From NCBI GenBank assembly GCA_038245115.1, contig JBBRSS010000001.1, positions 25,234 through 89,233 of the forward strand: a stretch of 64,000 bases of DNA, in the 5' to 3' direction. Made by a program: the position numbers and the translations under genes. The DNA is from Candidatus Saccharimonadia bacterium. GTDB taxonomy: Bacteria; Patescibacteriota; Saccharimonadia; UBA4664. Positions 1-10,101 of the stretch are shown one piece after another. The number at the start of each line of letters is the position of its first letter. The stretch's first letter is position 1. The notes beneath the pieces are model-generated. The model made no database searches, was not told where the DNA came from, and worked only from the letters and a program-made list of their open reading frames with translations.

Positions 1-1299
1 AATTTCGGCGATTCTACCATCACCGGCGAACGCAACGAAGAGCGCCTCTACGAGCTCATCTGGAAGCGCACCGTGGCCTCGCAGATGGCCGACGCCCGCC
101 TAGAGCGCACCACTGCCCACATTAATATCTCCACCCGCCCCGAGCTACTGACCGCCAAAGGCGAGGTTGTGCTATTTGATGGCTTCCTCAAACTATATCT
201 GGCCCAAGACACCGACGAGGACACGGAAGAGGAGGGGATACTGCCGCCCATTACAGCCGGCCAAGTCCTACCGCTAAACACCATGCTCGCCGCCCAGCTC
301 TACGACCGCCCCAAGCCCCGCTACACCGAAGCCAGCCTCGTGAAGCGCCTCGAAGAAATGGGTATTGGCCGGCCGTCAACCTACGCCCCAACCATCTCCA
401 CTATCCAAGACCGCGGCTACATCGAAAAAGGCGACCTGGAGGGCAAGGAGCGCCAATTGCACCGCCTCACGCTCGCTGCCGGTACCATCACCGAAGAAAC
501 CGCCACCGAAATGGCCGGCGCCGACCGCAACAAGCTCTTCCCTACGTCTATTGGCATGGTCGTCAATGATTTCCTGGTCAAAAATTTCCCCGAAGTCGTA
601 GATTACCAGTTCACCAAGAAGGTCGAAGAGGAGTTCGACCAAATCGCGGACGGCAAGCAGGCCTGGAACGCTATGATCGCCAAATTCTACGAGCGCTTCC
701 ACCCCACCGTCGTTGAAGTCGGCGGCGAAAAAGGCGAACGTCCCGAAGACCGCGAGCTGGGAGCCGACCCAGCTAGCGGCAAGCGCATCATCGCCCGCTT
801 AGGGCGCTTTGGCCCCATGGTCCAAATGGGCGACCGTGACGACGAAGACAAAAAATTTGCCCCTCTCCCCCCCGGTACCATGATCCACAATGTCACCCTC
901 GAACAAGCCCTCGAGATGTTCCGTCTGCCGCGCGTGTTGGGCGAAACTCCAGATGGCAAAGAAATCACCACCAACGCCGGTCGCTTCGGACCTTACATTA
1001 AATGGAACGGCCTGTATGCCTCCATCAAGCCCGATGATCCTTTTACTATCACCCTGGAACGCGCTCTCGAACTAGTTATCGATAAAGAATCCGCCGAAGC
1101 CAATAAATACATTAAGCAGTTCGAAGGCACCACCGTAGCCATCGTTAACGGACGGTACGGCCCCTATATCACCGATGGCAAGAAGAACGCCAAGATCCCC
1201 AAGGACACTGCTCCAGAGTCGATTGATTTAAAACAAGCTCAAGCCCTCATCGATGCCGCGCCTGCCAAATCAAAGCGCCACCGAATTGTAAAATCATAG
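1..1299 (+). CDS. topA: DNA topoisomerase I, C-terminal part (5' end outside the window)
   Basis: Motifs LYELIWKRTVASQM, RYTEASLVKRLEEMGIGRPSTYA and repeated GRFGPY C-terminal Toprim repeats; the frame is open back to the window edge. Confidence 0.97.
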   Translation, partial: NFGDSTITGERNEERLYELIWKRTVASQMADARLERTTAHINISTRPELLTAKGEVVLFDGFLKLYLAQDTDEDTEEEGILPPITAGQVLPLNTMLAAQLYDRPKPRYTEASLVKRLEEMGIGRPSTYAPTISTIQDRGYIEKGDLEGKERQLHRLTLAAGTITEETATEMAGADRNKLFPTSIGMVVNDFLVKNFPEVVDYQFTKKVEEEFDQIADGKQAWNAMIAKFYERFHPTVVEVGGEKGERPEDRELGADPASGKRIIARLGRFGPMVQMGDRDDEDKKFAPLPPGTMIHNVTLEQALEMFRLPRVLGETPDGKEITTNAGRFGPYIKWNGLYASIKPDDPFTITLERALELVIDKESAEANKYIKQFEGTTVAIVNGRYGPYITDGKKNAKIPKDTAPESIDLKQAQALIDAAPAKSKRHRIVKS

Positions 1300-1400
1300 C
1301 TCCCGAACAGATCCCAAAATACAGCTGGCATATTGTAATATCACCCAATACTAGCTACGATGTTTGTCAGAAATGACAACAGTGAGCAGAGTGTGCACCC

Positions 1401-3869
1401 ATGGCTAAATCAAAACGCAAATCCCGCAAATCGCGTCGACCCGTATTTTACGAGGCCATCTCTACCGTATCGATCAACCCTGTAGGGCTTCCTCACATAT
1501 CCGGGACTTGGCGAGAAAGCCTACTTGTTTTCGCTGAAATTGCCCGAATGATTACTGTTCGGCTCCGTTTAATGGCCGCCCACTCTTTTATGAATCTGCA
1601 ACACGCCGGACTAGCTACCTACGAAACCGTCGCCCAGTTCATCCACGATGTCACAATCGCCAGCCGCTACGGACTCGACGCATCGCGCACTTATCTCCCT
1701 TCAATTGTCATCGATACGGCGGCTTTTGCGACCCGTATCGCCCGACAGCTATCCAATCGTCGCGCCCGCGCGTTCTACCTCATGCTAGCCGCCTCCGCCG
1801 CTTTTGCGATGGTCGTCGTTATTGCCGTTACTGCCGCAACCACGCTCAAATCCTATGCCAACGACATTTCGAGCCCCAGCGCGTTAATGGCCAAGAAGAA
1901 AATTGGTACAACCATTCTCGACCGTAACGGCCAAGTATTATTCCAAGGCTACGGCGCAGGTTCAACCACTATTCTCGGCCTAAACGATATTTCGAATAAT
2001 CTCAAAACTGCCACGTTAGTCGCCGAGGACCCCAGCTTCTACGATCATCCTGGCTTCTCAGTTCAAGGCACCGTCCGTGCCGCAGTCACGGATATCACCC
2101 ATCAAGGCAAAGTCGAAGGCGGCTCCACGCTTACTCAACAGCTTATTAAGAACTCCTTGCTTACTTCAGACAAAAATTTTCAACGTAAATACCAAGAGAT
2201 ATTACTGGCCATCGAACTTGAACGTCATTATTCCAAAGATGAAATCCTGCAGATGTATCTCAACGAAACCTATTACGGCGAGGGTTCGTCCGGCGTGGCG
2301 GCGGCCAGCCAAACCTACTTCCACAAAACAGCCAACCAGCTCACGCTAGGTGAAGCCGCACTGTTGGCCGGTCTCCCCCTGGGGCCGAGCCGACTAGATC
2401 CAAACTATGACCTCGCTGCAGCTACCGGACGTCGAGATTACGTCTTGGGTCGAATGGCCGAACTCGGCAAAATCACCTCCCAAGAGGCCGCCACTGCCAA
2501 AGCCCAACCCCTGGCGCTCGCCTCAAATACTGCCGCCATTCCCGGCAGCCTAACCATATATCCCAAGACCATTACAATTCGCGCACCGCATTTTGTGTTC
2601 TATGTTCTCGACCAACTCCGCGCCAAATACGGCGATGACCTCATCCAAAGCGGGGGAATAACCGTCAAAACTACGCTCGATATAACGAAACAAGATCTGG
2701 CCCAGCAAACCGTCACCACCCAAATCAACAAACTATCCGACCACCACGTAACCAACGGGGGACTGGTATCAATTAATCCCGGCAATGGGGATATTCTGGC
2801 GATGGTTGGCAGCACCGACTACAATGCTCCCGATTTTGGCAATGTCAATGTAATGTTGTCGGATCTCCAGCCTGGCTCCAGCTTCAAGCCCATCGCGTAT
2901 GCCACAGCCTTCAAAAAGGGCTGGACAGGCGCCACAACGGTCGTAGACTCACCCTTCTACGCCCCCGGCGGCGACGGCACCGTCTTCGCACCCCAAAACT
3001 ATGACCTCAAATTCCACGGCACCGTTACCCTGCGCACAGCACTAGATAATTCTCTGAATATCCCTGCAGTCAAAGTGCTGCAATTTGCCGGCATCCCCGA
3101 AACCCTCCAAACCGCCCACGATCTTGGGATCACTACTCTCAACGACCCCAGCCGCTATGGCCTGTCCTTGGTACTTGGTGGCGGAGAAGTACGACCCATC
3201 GATATGGCTACAGTCTATGGCACCATCGCTAACGGTGGCGTCAAAATTGAGCCCCGGTCAATTCTCCAAGTTGCTGATCGTTACGGCAAAGATATAACCA
3301 AACCCAACGAGTCCAAGCCTCAGGCCGTGCTCGACCCCCGTATTGCCTACATGATTACCAACATCATTTCCGACGACAAATCCCGCCAACCCGAATTTCC
3401 CGCCAACGGCCCGCTTACCCTCGCCGGACGCCCCGTTGCTGCCAAAACCGGTACTACCAACGACTTCCGGGACAACTGGACCGTCGGCTACACACCTCAG
3501 CTCGTGACCGCCGTCTGGGTCGGCAACAACGATCACACGCCGATGAACAATGTTGACGGTATCACGGGCGCCGCCCCAATTTGGCACGACTACATGGAGG
3601 GGGCCTTAGCCGGCGAGCCGGTCATGAATTTTATTCCCCCAGCCGGAGTCACCGCCGTATCCGTTTGCAAGAGCGATGGCGGACTAGCCAACCCATGGGA
3701 TAGCGCTTACACCGAGATATTCATGTCCGATGCCGTACCCACCAAGCACTGCGCTGGAGGTGCTCCAAAACCGTCACCAACACCAGACTCCTCAGTAATT
3801 GTCGATCCGAACACTCCAAAACCAGGCAACCCCCATAAATTCCAGCTGCCAACTCCTATCACAAATTAG
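1401..3869 (+). CDS. Class A penicillin-binding protein (transglycosylase/transpeptidase, PBP1A family)
   Basis: EDxxFYxHxG, GGSTLTQQLIKN, SSFK (SxxK), SLN and KTG motifs; one TM segment after a long N-terminal extension. Confidence 0.95.
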   Translation: MAKSKRKSRKSRRPVFYEAISTVSINPVGLPHISGTWRESLLVFAEIARMITVRLRLMAAHSFMNLQHAGLATYETVAQFIHDVTIASRYGLDASRTYLPSIVIDTAAFATRIARQLSNRRARAFYLMLAASAAFAMVVVIAVTAATTLKSYANDISSPSALMAKKKIGTTILDRNGQVLFQGYGAGSTTILGLNDISNNLKTATLVAEDPSFYDHPGFSVQGTVRAAVTDITHQGKVEGGSTLTQQLIKNSLLTSDKNFQRKYQEILLAIELERHYSKDEILQMYLNETYYGEGSSGVAAASQTYFHKTANQLTLGEAALLAGLPLGPSRLDPNYDLAAATGRRDYVLGRMAELGKITSQEAATAKAQPLALASNTAAIPGSLTIYPKTITIRAPHFVFYVLDQLRAKYGDDLIQSGGITVKTTLDITKQDLAQQTVTTQINKLSDHHVTNGGLVSINPGNGDILAMVGSTDYNAPDFGNVNVMLSDLQPGSSFKPIAYATAFKKGWTGATTVVDSPFYAPGGDGTVFAPQNYDLKFHGTVTLRTALDNSLNIPAVKVLQFAGIPETLQTAHDLGITTLNDPSRYGLSLVLGGGEVRPIDMATVYGTIANGGVKIEPRSILQVADRYGKDITKPNESKPQAVLDPRIAYMITNIISDDKSRQPEFPANGPLTLAGRPVAAKTGTTNDFRDNWTVGYTPQLVTAVWVGNNDHTPMNNVDGITGAAPIWHDYMEGALAGEPVMNFIPPAGVTAVSVCKSDGGLANPWDSAYTEIFMSDAVPTKHCAGGAPKPSPTPDSSVIVDPNTPKPGNPHKFQLPTPITN

Positions 3870-3912
3870 TTCACAACCTGCCAAATTCCTCCCGGCAGTA
3901 TAGAATAGCAAC

Positions 3913-5016
3913 ATGCAAGACCTTATCCGCCAGCTCCAAAGCCTCATCTCCGGGATCAACAGCGCCATCTCCAAGCTCGGCATCGAAGCCGACCGCAAAG
4001 CCGCTGCTCAGCTACGCCAGCGTACTCTGGACCCGAACTTTTGGTCCGATACCGCCGCAGCCTCGGATGTATCTCGGCGCTTAGCTGCACTCGACCGCCA
4101 TGTCGATTTTTGGAACAACCTTCTCGCCGAAGCTACCGAAGCGCTAGAGTTGGCCCGTCTCGAACAAAACGGCACTGATTCAGATCTCATCGACCAAATT
4201 CGCAGCCTGTACGAAACCGCCCAAACCGAATACGACCGCCGGCAATTTGAGCTCAAACTCTCCGGCCCGCACGACCGCTCATCGGCCATTGTCGAAATCC
4301 ACGCCGGCACCGGCGGCACCGACGCTCAGGATTGGGCTGAAATGCTCGAGCGCATGTACTTGCGCTGGGCCGAACGCGAGGGCTTTAGCGCCGAAATTGC
4401 CTCCATCTCGGCCGGCGAAGAAGCCGGCATCAAAAGCGCAACCTTCGAGGTCAACGGCCCCTACGCCTACGGCAAACTCAAGGGCGAAGCCGGCGTCCAC
4501 CGCCTCGTGCGGCTGAGCCCCTACAACTCCGACAACCTCCGCCAAACCTCCTTCGCCCTCGTGGAAGTGTTGCCTCAAATAGAGAACGAAGCCGAGCTCG
4601 AAATTGACGCCAAGGATCTGCGCATCGACGTGTACCGCTCGGGCGGCCACGGCGGCCAATCGGTCAACACTACCGACTCTGCCGTGCGCATCACTCATCT
4701 GCCCACCGGCCTGGTCGTGGCGATTCAAAACGAGCGTTCGCAACTTCAAAACAAAGAAAAGGCCATGGCCATCCTGCGCTCTCGCCTAGCCACCATGATG
4801 GAGGCTCAAGCCAAAGCCAGCCTCACAGAACTGCGCGCCAGTGACAAGTCGGCCGAATGGGGGAGCCAGATCCGCAATTACGTCCTCCACCCCTACACCA
4901 AGGTCAAAGATGTCCGTACCGGCGCCGAAACCAACCAAGCCCAAGACGTCCTCGATGGCGACCTTGAACTCTTCATGGAAGCCTACCTGCAGAGTCAGAT
5001 CGGTCCCCAAAAATAA
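3913..5016 (+). CDS. prfB: Peptide chain release factor 2, continuous frame with no programmed +1 frameshift
   Basis: GGQ motif (GHGGQSVNTTDSAVR), VRLSPY (SPF-type tripeptide), WGSQIRNYV. Confidence 0.97.
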   Translation: MQDLIRQLQSLISGINSAISKLGIEADRKAAAQLRQRTLDPNFWSDTAAASDVSRRLAALDRHVDFWNNLLAEATEALELARLEQNGTDSDLIDQIRSLYETAQTEYDRRQFELKLSGPHDRSSAIVEIHAGTGGTDAQDWAEMLERMYLRWAEREGFSAEIASISAGEEAGIKSATFEVNGPYAYGKLKGEAGVHRLVRLSPYNSDNLRQTSFALVEVLPQIENEAELEIDAKDLRIDVYRSGGHGGQSVNTTDSAVRITHLPTGLVVAIQNERSQLQNKEKAMAILRSRLATMMEAQAKASLTELRASDKSAEWGSQIRNYVLHPYTKVKDVRTGAETNQAQDVLDGDLELFMEAYLQSQIGPQK

Positions 5017-5043
5017 ACCCGCCGTATGATACACTAACTACAA

Positions 5044-5736
5044 ATGATTCTCTTCGACCGTGTCACCAAAGTCTACCCCAACCAGATGGTTGCGCTTAGT
5101 GGCCTCAACCTCCATATTAAGCCCAAGGAATTTGTCACCATCGTCGGCGCTAGCGGCGCAGGTAAATCAACGCTCATCAAGCTGCTCACCCGCGAAGAAA
5201 CCCATTCCTCAGGCAAAATCATCGTCGGCGGGCTCGATTACGACACCATTACCAGCCGCGACGTACCACTCGTCCGCCGCCGTATCGGCGTGGTTTTCCA
5301 GGACTTCAAACTACTTCCGGGGCGCCGCGTTGGCGAAAACGTCGCTTTTGCGCTCGAAGTTTCCGGCGCCCGCAGCCGTGAGATCAAACGTGCCGTTCCC
5401 AAAATGCTCAAGCTAGTGGGCCTCTCCACCAAGGAGAATGCTTACCCCCATGAGCTATCTGGTGGCGAACGTCAACGCGTTGCCATCGCTCGCGCCCTCA
5501 TTCGCCAGCCCAAAATCCTCATCGCCGATGAGCCCACCGGCAACCTCGACCCCAAAAACGCTTGGGAAATCATCGAATTATTGCTCAAAATTAACCGTTT
5601 CGGAACCACTGTGCTACTGACCACCCACAACAAAGAGATCGTCAACGCCCTCAAGCGCCGTGTTATCACCATCAACCGCGGCCGCATTGTCAAAGACGAA
5701 GAGCAGGGCCGCTACACTCTCGAAGGCGGCAAGTAA
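5044..5736 (+). CDS. ftsE: Cell division ATP-binding protein FtsE
   Basis: Walker A GASGAGKS, VVFQDFKLL, LSGGE signature; lies between prfB and ftsX. Confidence 0.95.
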   Translation: MILFDRVTKVYPNQMVALSGLNLHIKPKEFVTIVGASGAGKSTLIKLLTREETHSSGKIIVGGLDYDTITSRDVPLVRRRIGVVFQDFKLLPGRRVGENVAFALEVSGARSREIKRAVPKMLKLVGLSTKENAYPHELSGGERQRVAIARALIRQPKILIADEPTGNLDPKNAWEIIELLLKINRFGTTVLLTTHNKEIVNALKRRVITINRGRIVKDEEQGRYTLEGGK

Positions 5737-6650
5737 TGATTCAGTTCTGGCGAGTCCTAACGGCTGGATTACGCAACTTTATGCGCAATATGTGGCTATC
5801 AACCGCCGCCACGGCGGTGATGACAGTCACCCTTACTCTCATAATGGTGTCGTTCATCTCCAACATGGCGTTAACCGCCACCATCAAAGGTGTCACCGAC
5901 AAAATCGATGTGTCGATCTTTCTCAAAAATAACCTGACTCCAGATCAGATCAACGGCTTCAAGAAGAGCCTGACTGATTCCGGCAACGTCATAAGCCTCA
6001 CTTACGTGAGCCCCCAGCAAGCTGTACTCAACTACAAAGAGCAAAACAAGAATAATCCGCAACTCATCGCTGCCCTCGATCAAGCCGGCGATGCCTTGCC
6101 ATCCTCAGTCCAGGTCAAAGCCAAAGATCCCAAGCATCTCGACGTTATCGAGGCCGTCGTTAACCAGGCAGCTAACAAACCGCTCCTCGACCCCACCGCC
6201 CCGCCCAGCTATACTGGCAGCCGCAAGGCCACCATCGACCGCATCGTGCGCTTCGCCGGCTTCTTTAAGACTGCGGGGCTCGCCGCCAGCGCCATGTTCT
6301 TGGTAATATCCACCCTCATAATCTTCAACACCATCCGCATGGCCATCTTTACCCGCCGCGACGAAATCGAGATCATGAAGCTCGTGGGCGCCACCAAATG
6401 GTTCATCCGCGGCCCATTTATCTTTGAGGCCACACTTTATGGCATCATCGCCGCCATAATTGCAACGATCTTATCTTGTCTCCTGCTGTTTGGCGGCGCC
6501 ACCAAAGTTGCCAGTTACATTGATTTCTCTACCACCGTCAGTTTCTTCCAGTCCTACATCCTCTTAATTATCGTGGCCGAATTTGTTCTCGGCGTTATCA
6601 TCGGCGCGGTCTCATCGCTGCTCGCCATGAGCCGCTATCTCAAGCTGTAA
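5736..6650 (+). CDS. ftsX: Cell division permease FtsX
   Basis: NTIRMAIFTRRDEIEIMKLVGATKWFIRGPF motif; 4 TM segments. Confidence 0.95.
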   Translation: MIQFWRVLTAGLRNFMRNMWLSTAATAVMTVTLTLIMVSFISNMALTATIKGVTDKIDVSIFLKNNLTPDQINGFKKSLTDSGNVISLTYVSPQQAVLNYKEQNKNNPQLIAALDQAGDALPSSVQVKAKDPKHLDVIEAVVNQAANKPLLDPTAPPSYTGSRKATIDRIVRFAGFFKTAGLAASAMFLVISTLIIFNTIRMAIFTRRDEIEIMKLVGATKWFIRGPFIFEATLYGIIAAIIATILSCLLLFGGATKVASYIDFSTTVSFFQSYILLIIVAEFVLGVIIGAVSSLLAMSRYLKL

Positions 6651-6789
6651 ATGTTTTTTCATCCAAACTTCAGACTAACTTAAGAAATATTATTAGTTAA
6701 TATATCCACAAATGCGTCAATAGGCATAACCAGTTTGACAATAATAGCACTTACGACTTACGATATGTCTACCTTGGAGGGGCAAGACT

Positions 6790-7899
6790 ATTCGTAATAA
6801 GTTCAACAATCTCAGCCAGACCATCACCCGCACTTTGCTGGCGGTAGCGGTCGGTTTTTCAATTAGCGGCGCCGCGTACGCGGACCAGTTCGACGCTCAA
6901 ATTGCGGCCTTAAAAGCCCAGGCTAGTGCCCAACAAGCCACGGCGGCCGGATTCGCCGCCCAGGCCAACGACTACCAAACTCGTGTCAATCAGCTCAACG
7001 CGCAAATTAGTGCTTTGCAATCACAAATTAACTTGAACCAAGCACAATACGACCAAGTTACGGCACAAATTGCCGCTAATGAGGCCAATCTTGCAGAAAA
7101 AAAGGCCACCCTTGGGGCCAACCTCAAGAGCATGTATTTGGATTCTTCCGTGACCCCGCTCGAGATGATCGCCTCGAGCAACAATCTCAGCGACTACTTT
7201 AATCAGCAGCAATACCAGGACAGCATCAAAGATAAGATTCAAGCTGCCATGGCCGATATCCTAGCCACCCAAAAACAACTTGCTATCCAGAAAACCCAAG
7301 TTGAAGCCCTCCTGAATTTGCAAAACGGACAAAAACAACAATTAGCGAGCGCGCGTGCCGAGGCTAACCAGCTTCTCGCTACAGCGTCTCAAAGTGCAGC
7401 CGCGGCAAATGCACAGGTTGCAGCCAGTAACTCTCAGATCTCCAGCGTCAAGGCTCAGCAACAAGCCGCTCTTATCGCTCGATTCGGCAACGGCATTACC
7501 AGTGGCGGCGGCGCAGCTTGCGGCGGCGGCTACCCAGGCTATCTCTGCAATGCCCCCCAAGACTCGCTAGCCGACCCCTGGGGTATGTACAACCGCGAAT
7601 GCGTCAGCTACACCGCGTTTAAAGTAGCTGCCTCTGGCCGACATATGCCCTACTGGGGTGGACACGGCAACGCCAACCAGTGGCCCGATAGTGCCCGTGC
7701 TGACGGTATTGCCGTCGACGGCAACCCTCAGGTCGGCGATGTTGCCATATCTTATGCTGGACCGGTTGGTCATGCCATGTACGTCGAGGGTGTAGCCAAT
7801 GGCCGGATCCATGTTAGCCAATACAATTTTGGAGCCCCTGGAACTTATAGCGAAATGACCATTTCGGCCAGCGGTCTATACTTCATTCACTTCCGTTAA
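6790..7899 (+). CDS. PcsB/CwlO-like secreted coiled-coil + CHAP peptidoglycan hydrolase; probable ATT start at 6790 (ORF track start is 6835)
   Basis: Signal peptide, long coiled coil, CHAP motifs RECVSY, GNANQW and GHAMYVE; directly after ftsEX. Confidence 0.9.
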   Translation: MRNKFNNLSQTITRTLLAVAVGFSISGAAYADQFDAQIAALKAQASAQQATAAGFAAQANDYQTRVNQLNAQISALQSQINLNQAQYDQVTAQIAANEANLAEKKATLGANLKSMYLDSSVTPLEMIASSNNLSDYFNQQQYQDSIKDKIQAAMADILATQKQLAIQKTQVEALLNLQNGQKQQLASARAEANQLLATASQSAAAANAQVAASNSQISSVKAQQQAALIARFGNGITSGGGAACGGGYPGYLCNAPQDSLADPWGMYNRECVSYTAFKVAASGRHMPYWGGHGNANQWPDSARADGIAVDGNPQVGDVAISYAGPVGHAMYVEGVANGRIHVSQYNFGAPGTYSEMTISASGLYFIHFR

Positions 7900-7936
7900 A
7901 ATGCCTCAATTATCCATAAAAGAAAGGTCTTTAAGT

Positions 7937-9109
7937 TTGAAAAAAATTGAGCTCAACCCGCTGGTACTCAGTGCCTCTGTCATAGTCTTATCCTTGGGCT
8001 CGTTCTACGCCGGGAATGCCTACACCAGCGCACTACCAAACCCCTTCGTAAAACCGGTAAATAAGGCCGACTTTTCGAGCTTAAACTCCGTCTATGCCCT
8101 AATGCAGCGCAACTTCGACGGCCAGATTGACGACCAAAAGGCCCTGGATGGCGCCAAGGCCGGCCTCGTCGCCGCCGGCGGCGACCCCTACACCGTATTT
8201 ATGGATGCCAAATCAGCCAAAAAGCTGTCTGATGATCTCACCGGTAAACTCTCCGGTATCGGTGCCGAAATCGGCATTAAGAATAATATCCTCACCGTCA
8301 TTGCGCCCCTTGATGGCACCCCAGCTGCTGCTGCCGGGCTTAAATCTGGCGACCTCATAGCTAAAATCAACAACGAAGACACCACCAATATGAGCGTAGA
8401 TATGGCCGTGTCCAAGATCCGCGGTGACGCCGGTACCAAGGTTACCCTCAAGCTCGTTCGCAGCGGCACGCCCGACCCGTTCGATGTCACCATTACCCGT
8501 GCGGATATAACAGTACCTAGCGTCAAGTCCAGCCTCAAGAACGGGAATGTAGCTTACATCAACATTACACGCTTTGGTCCGGACACCGCCGACCTCATCA
8601 GCCAAGCCGCCACCACCCTCAAGGCCCAAGGTGCCACCAAAGTCATTCTCGACCTACGTAACGACCCGGGCGGTTATTTGGACGCCGGAGTAGCTGTATC
8701 CAGCCAATTCCTCGACAGCGGCAAGCTAGTGGTCGAAGAGCGCACCAATGGCAAAAGCACCAACAAGCTCACCGCCACCGGCGGGGGACTGCTCAAAGGG
8801 ATGCCCACGATCGTGCTGATCAACGGAGGATCGGCCAGCGCCTCGGAAATTGTCGCCGGAGCCTTGCACGACAACAAAGTCGCTCAATTGCTCGGAGAAA
8901 AAAGCTTCGGTAAAGGCAGCGTTCAAGAGATCAAAGATCTACCTGATGGCGCCCAGCTCAAAGTTACCGTAGCGCACTGGTACACTCCGGGCGGTGTCAA
9001 CATCAACAAAGAGGGGATTAAGCCCGATGTTGAAGTCAAGCTGACCACCGAAGACTTTAACGCCAGCCGCGACCCCCAGCTCGATAAAGCCCTGGATATG
9101 CTCAAGTAG
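7937..9109 (+). CDS. ctpA: S41A C-terminal processing protease (PDZ)
   Basis: GIGAEI PDZ loop, DLRNDPGG, SASASEIVAGAL, GKGSVQ; TTG start after GAAAGG chosen (alternative ATG at 7901). Confidence 0.93.
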   Translation: MKKIELNPLVLSASVIVLSLGSFYAGNAYTSALPNPFVKPVNKADFSSLNSVYALMQRNFDGQIDDQKALDGAKAGLVAAGGDPYTVFMDAKSAKKLSDDLTGKLSGIGAEIGIKNNILTVIAPLDGTPAAAAGLKSGDLIAKINNEDTTNMSVDMAVSKIRGDAGTKVTLKLVRSGTPDPFDVTITRADITVPSVKSSLKNGNVAYINITRFGPDTADLISQAATTLKAQGATKVILDLRNDPGGYLDAGVAVSSQFLDSGKLVVEERTNGKSTNKLTATGGGLLKGMPTIVLINGGSASASEIVAGALHDNKVAQLLGEKSFGKGSVQEIKDLPDGAQLKVTVAHWYTPGGVNINKEGIKPDVEVKLTTEDFNASRDPQLDKALDMLK

Positions 9110-9249
9110 CAGTTGTGGTTGCTTTTACCCAAAATTATTGTAAGATATTATTGTCTGTATCAAGAAACCGTTCCGCATAAAAGGATGAAAGGGAGAGGTT
9201 GCGCGACCGATATACCCAAAAATCGTCTAGAGTCAAAGGGGAGAATGAC

Positions 9250-9942
9250 ATGGACTCAAACAAGGCCGATCTTTGGCTCTGGCTGTTCGACTTCGATAGC
9301 TCACTCCTCGACCTCCCAGGCTTCGTACTAGCCCTACCGGAGGCGGTCGACCGAGCTTTCACGATACCCAAGCTTGAGTTCGCAAACCACATCTCCAGGC
9401 GTTACGACAAGACTAAATCCGGGCGGTCCATCGGCTACAACATCTTTAGACATCTGAAGGAGTACGGCTTGGATTTGGCTATTGCCGAAAACAAGGCAAT
9501 CTTCCTCAAGACGATGTTCGAGGTGCACCAAGAGTTCACCAATGGCCAGCCCGATTTTCTCTACCCGGATGTACGCGAACCACTCAGGGAGCTCAGATCC
9601 AGGACAAACTGCGACATCCAGATTGCTTCGGTCAACGTGCCGTCCTGCTTGGCGATCAAGGTACTCCTGGGCGGGCCGCTGCTCGAGGGCATCTCTGCCA
9701 AGGCCTTCTCGGGCAACAAGGGCGACTACTACGCCAGACAATTGCGTACGGGTCGACTCGTGTATTACGGGATGGAATACGACCAGATCGTGATTGTGGA
9801 CGACAACGCCGACCAGTTGAGGCCCATCCCTCAGCCTCCCGGCGTAGCAATCTATCAAATCGTCCGCCCAGGGCAAAAATACCCGCCCAATGATACTGGC
9901 ACTCCCTGCATCAAATCATTTGCAGAACTGCCGACTCTGTAA
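9250..9942 (+). CDS. HAD-superfamily hydrolase-like protein
   Basis: N-terminal FDFDSSL (DxD motif I), K in GNKG, VIVDD motif IV; GGGGAG SD before ATG 9250. Confidence 0.65.
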   Translation: MDSNKADLWLWLFDFDSSLLDLPGFVLALPEAVDRAFTIPKLEFANHISRRYDKTKSGRSIGYNIFRHLKEYGLDLAIAENKAIFLKTMFEVHQEFTNGQPDFLYPDVREPLRELRSRTNCDIQIASVNVPSCLAIKVLLGGPLLEGISAKAFSGNKGDYYARQLRTGRLVYYGMEYDQIVIVDDNADQLRPIPQPPGVAIYQIVRPGQKYPPNDTGTPCIKSFAELPTL

Positions 9943-9963
9943 CCACTCAGTCGGTCCCCCTCA

Positions 9964-10002
9964 GAGGTACCCAGGTTTTACCTGGGTACCTCGATACTTT
10001 TT
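9964..10002 (+). terminator. Intrinsic terminator after the HAD gene
   Basis: GAGGTACCCAGGT-ttt-ACCTGGGTACCTC hairpin followed shortly by a T-run. Confidence 0.8.
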
Positions 10003-10101
10003 AACCAACATTAATGTTTTGCTTGCCCTCGTGCGCAGTCTCAGGTATCATCAAAACCAATTGTTGTAATGCCGATCAACCGTGTGTTGGGAAGGATGCG
10101 T

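Noticed and set aside
3960-4000. Programmed +1 frameshift in prfB
   Set aside because: The frame is continuous and no CTT-TGA site is present.
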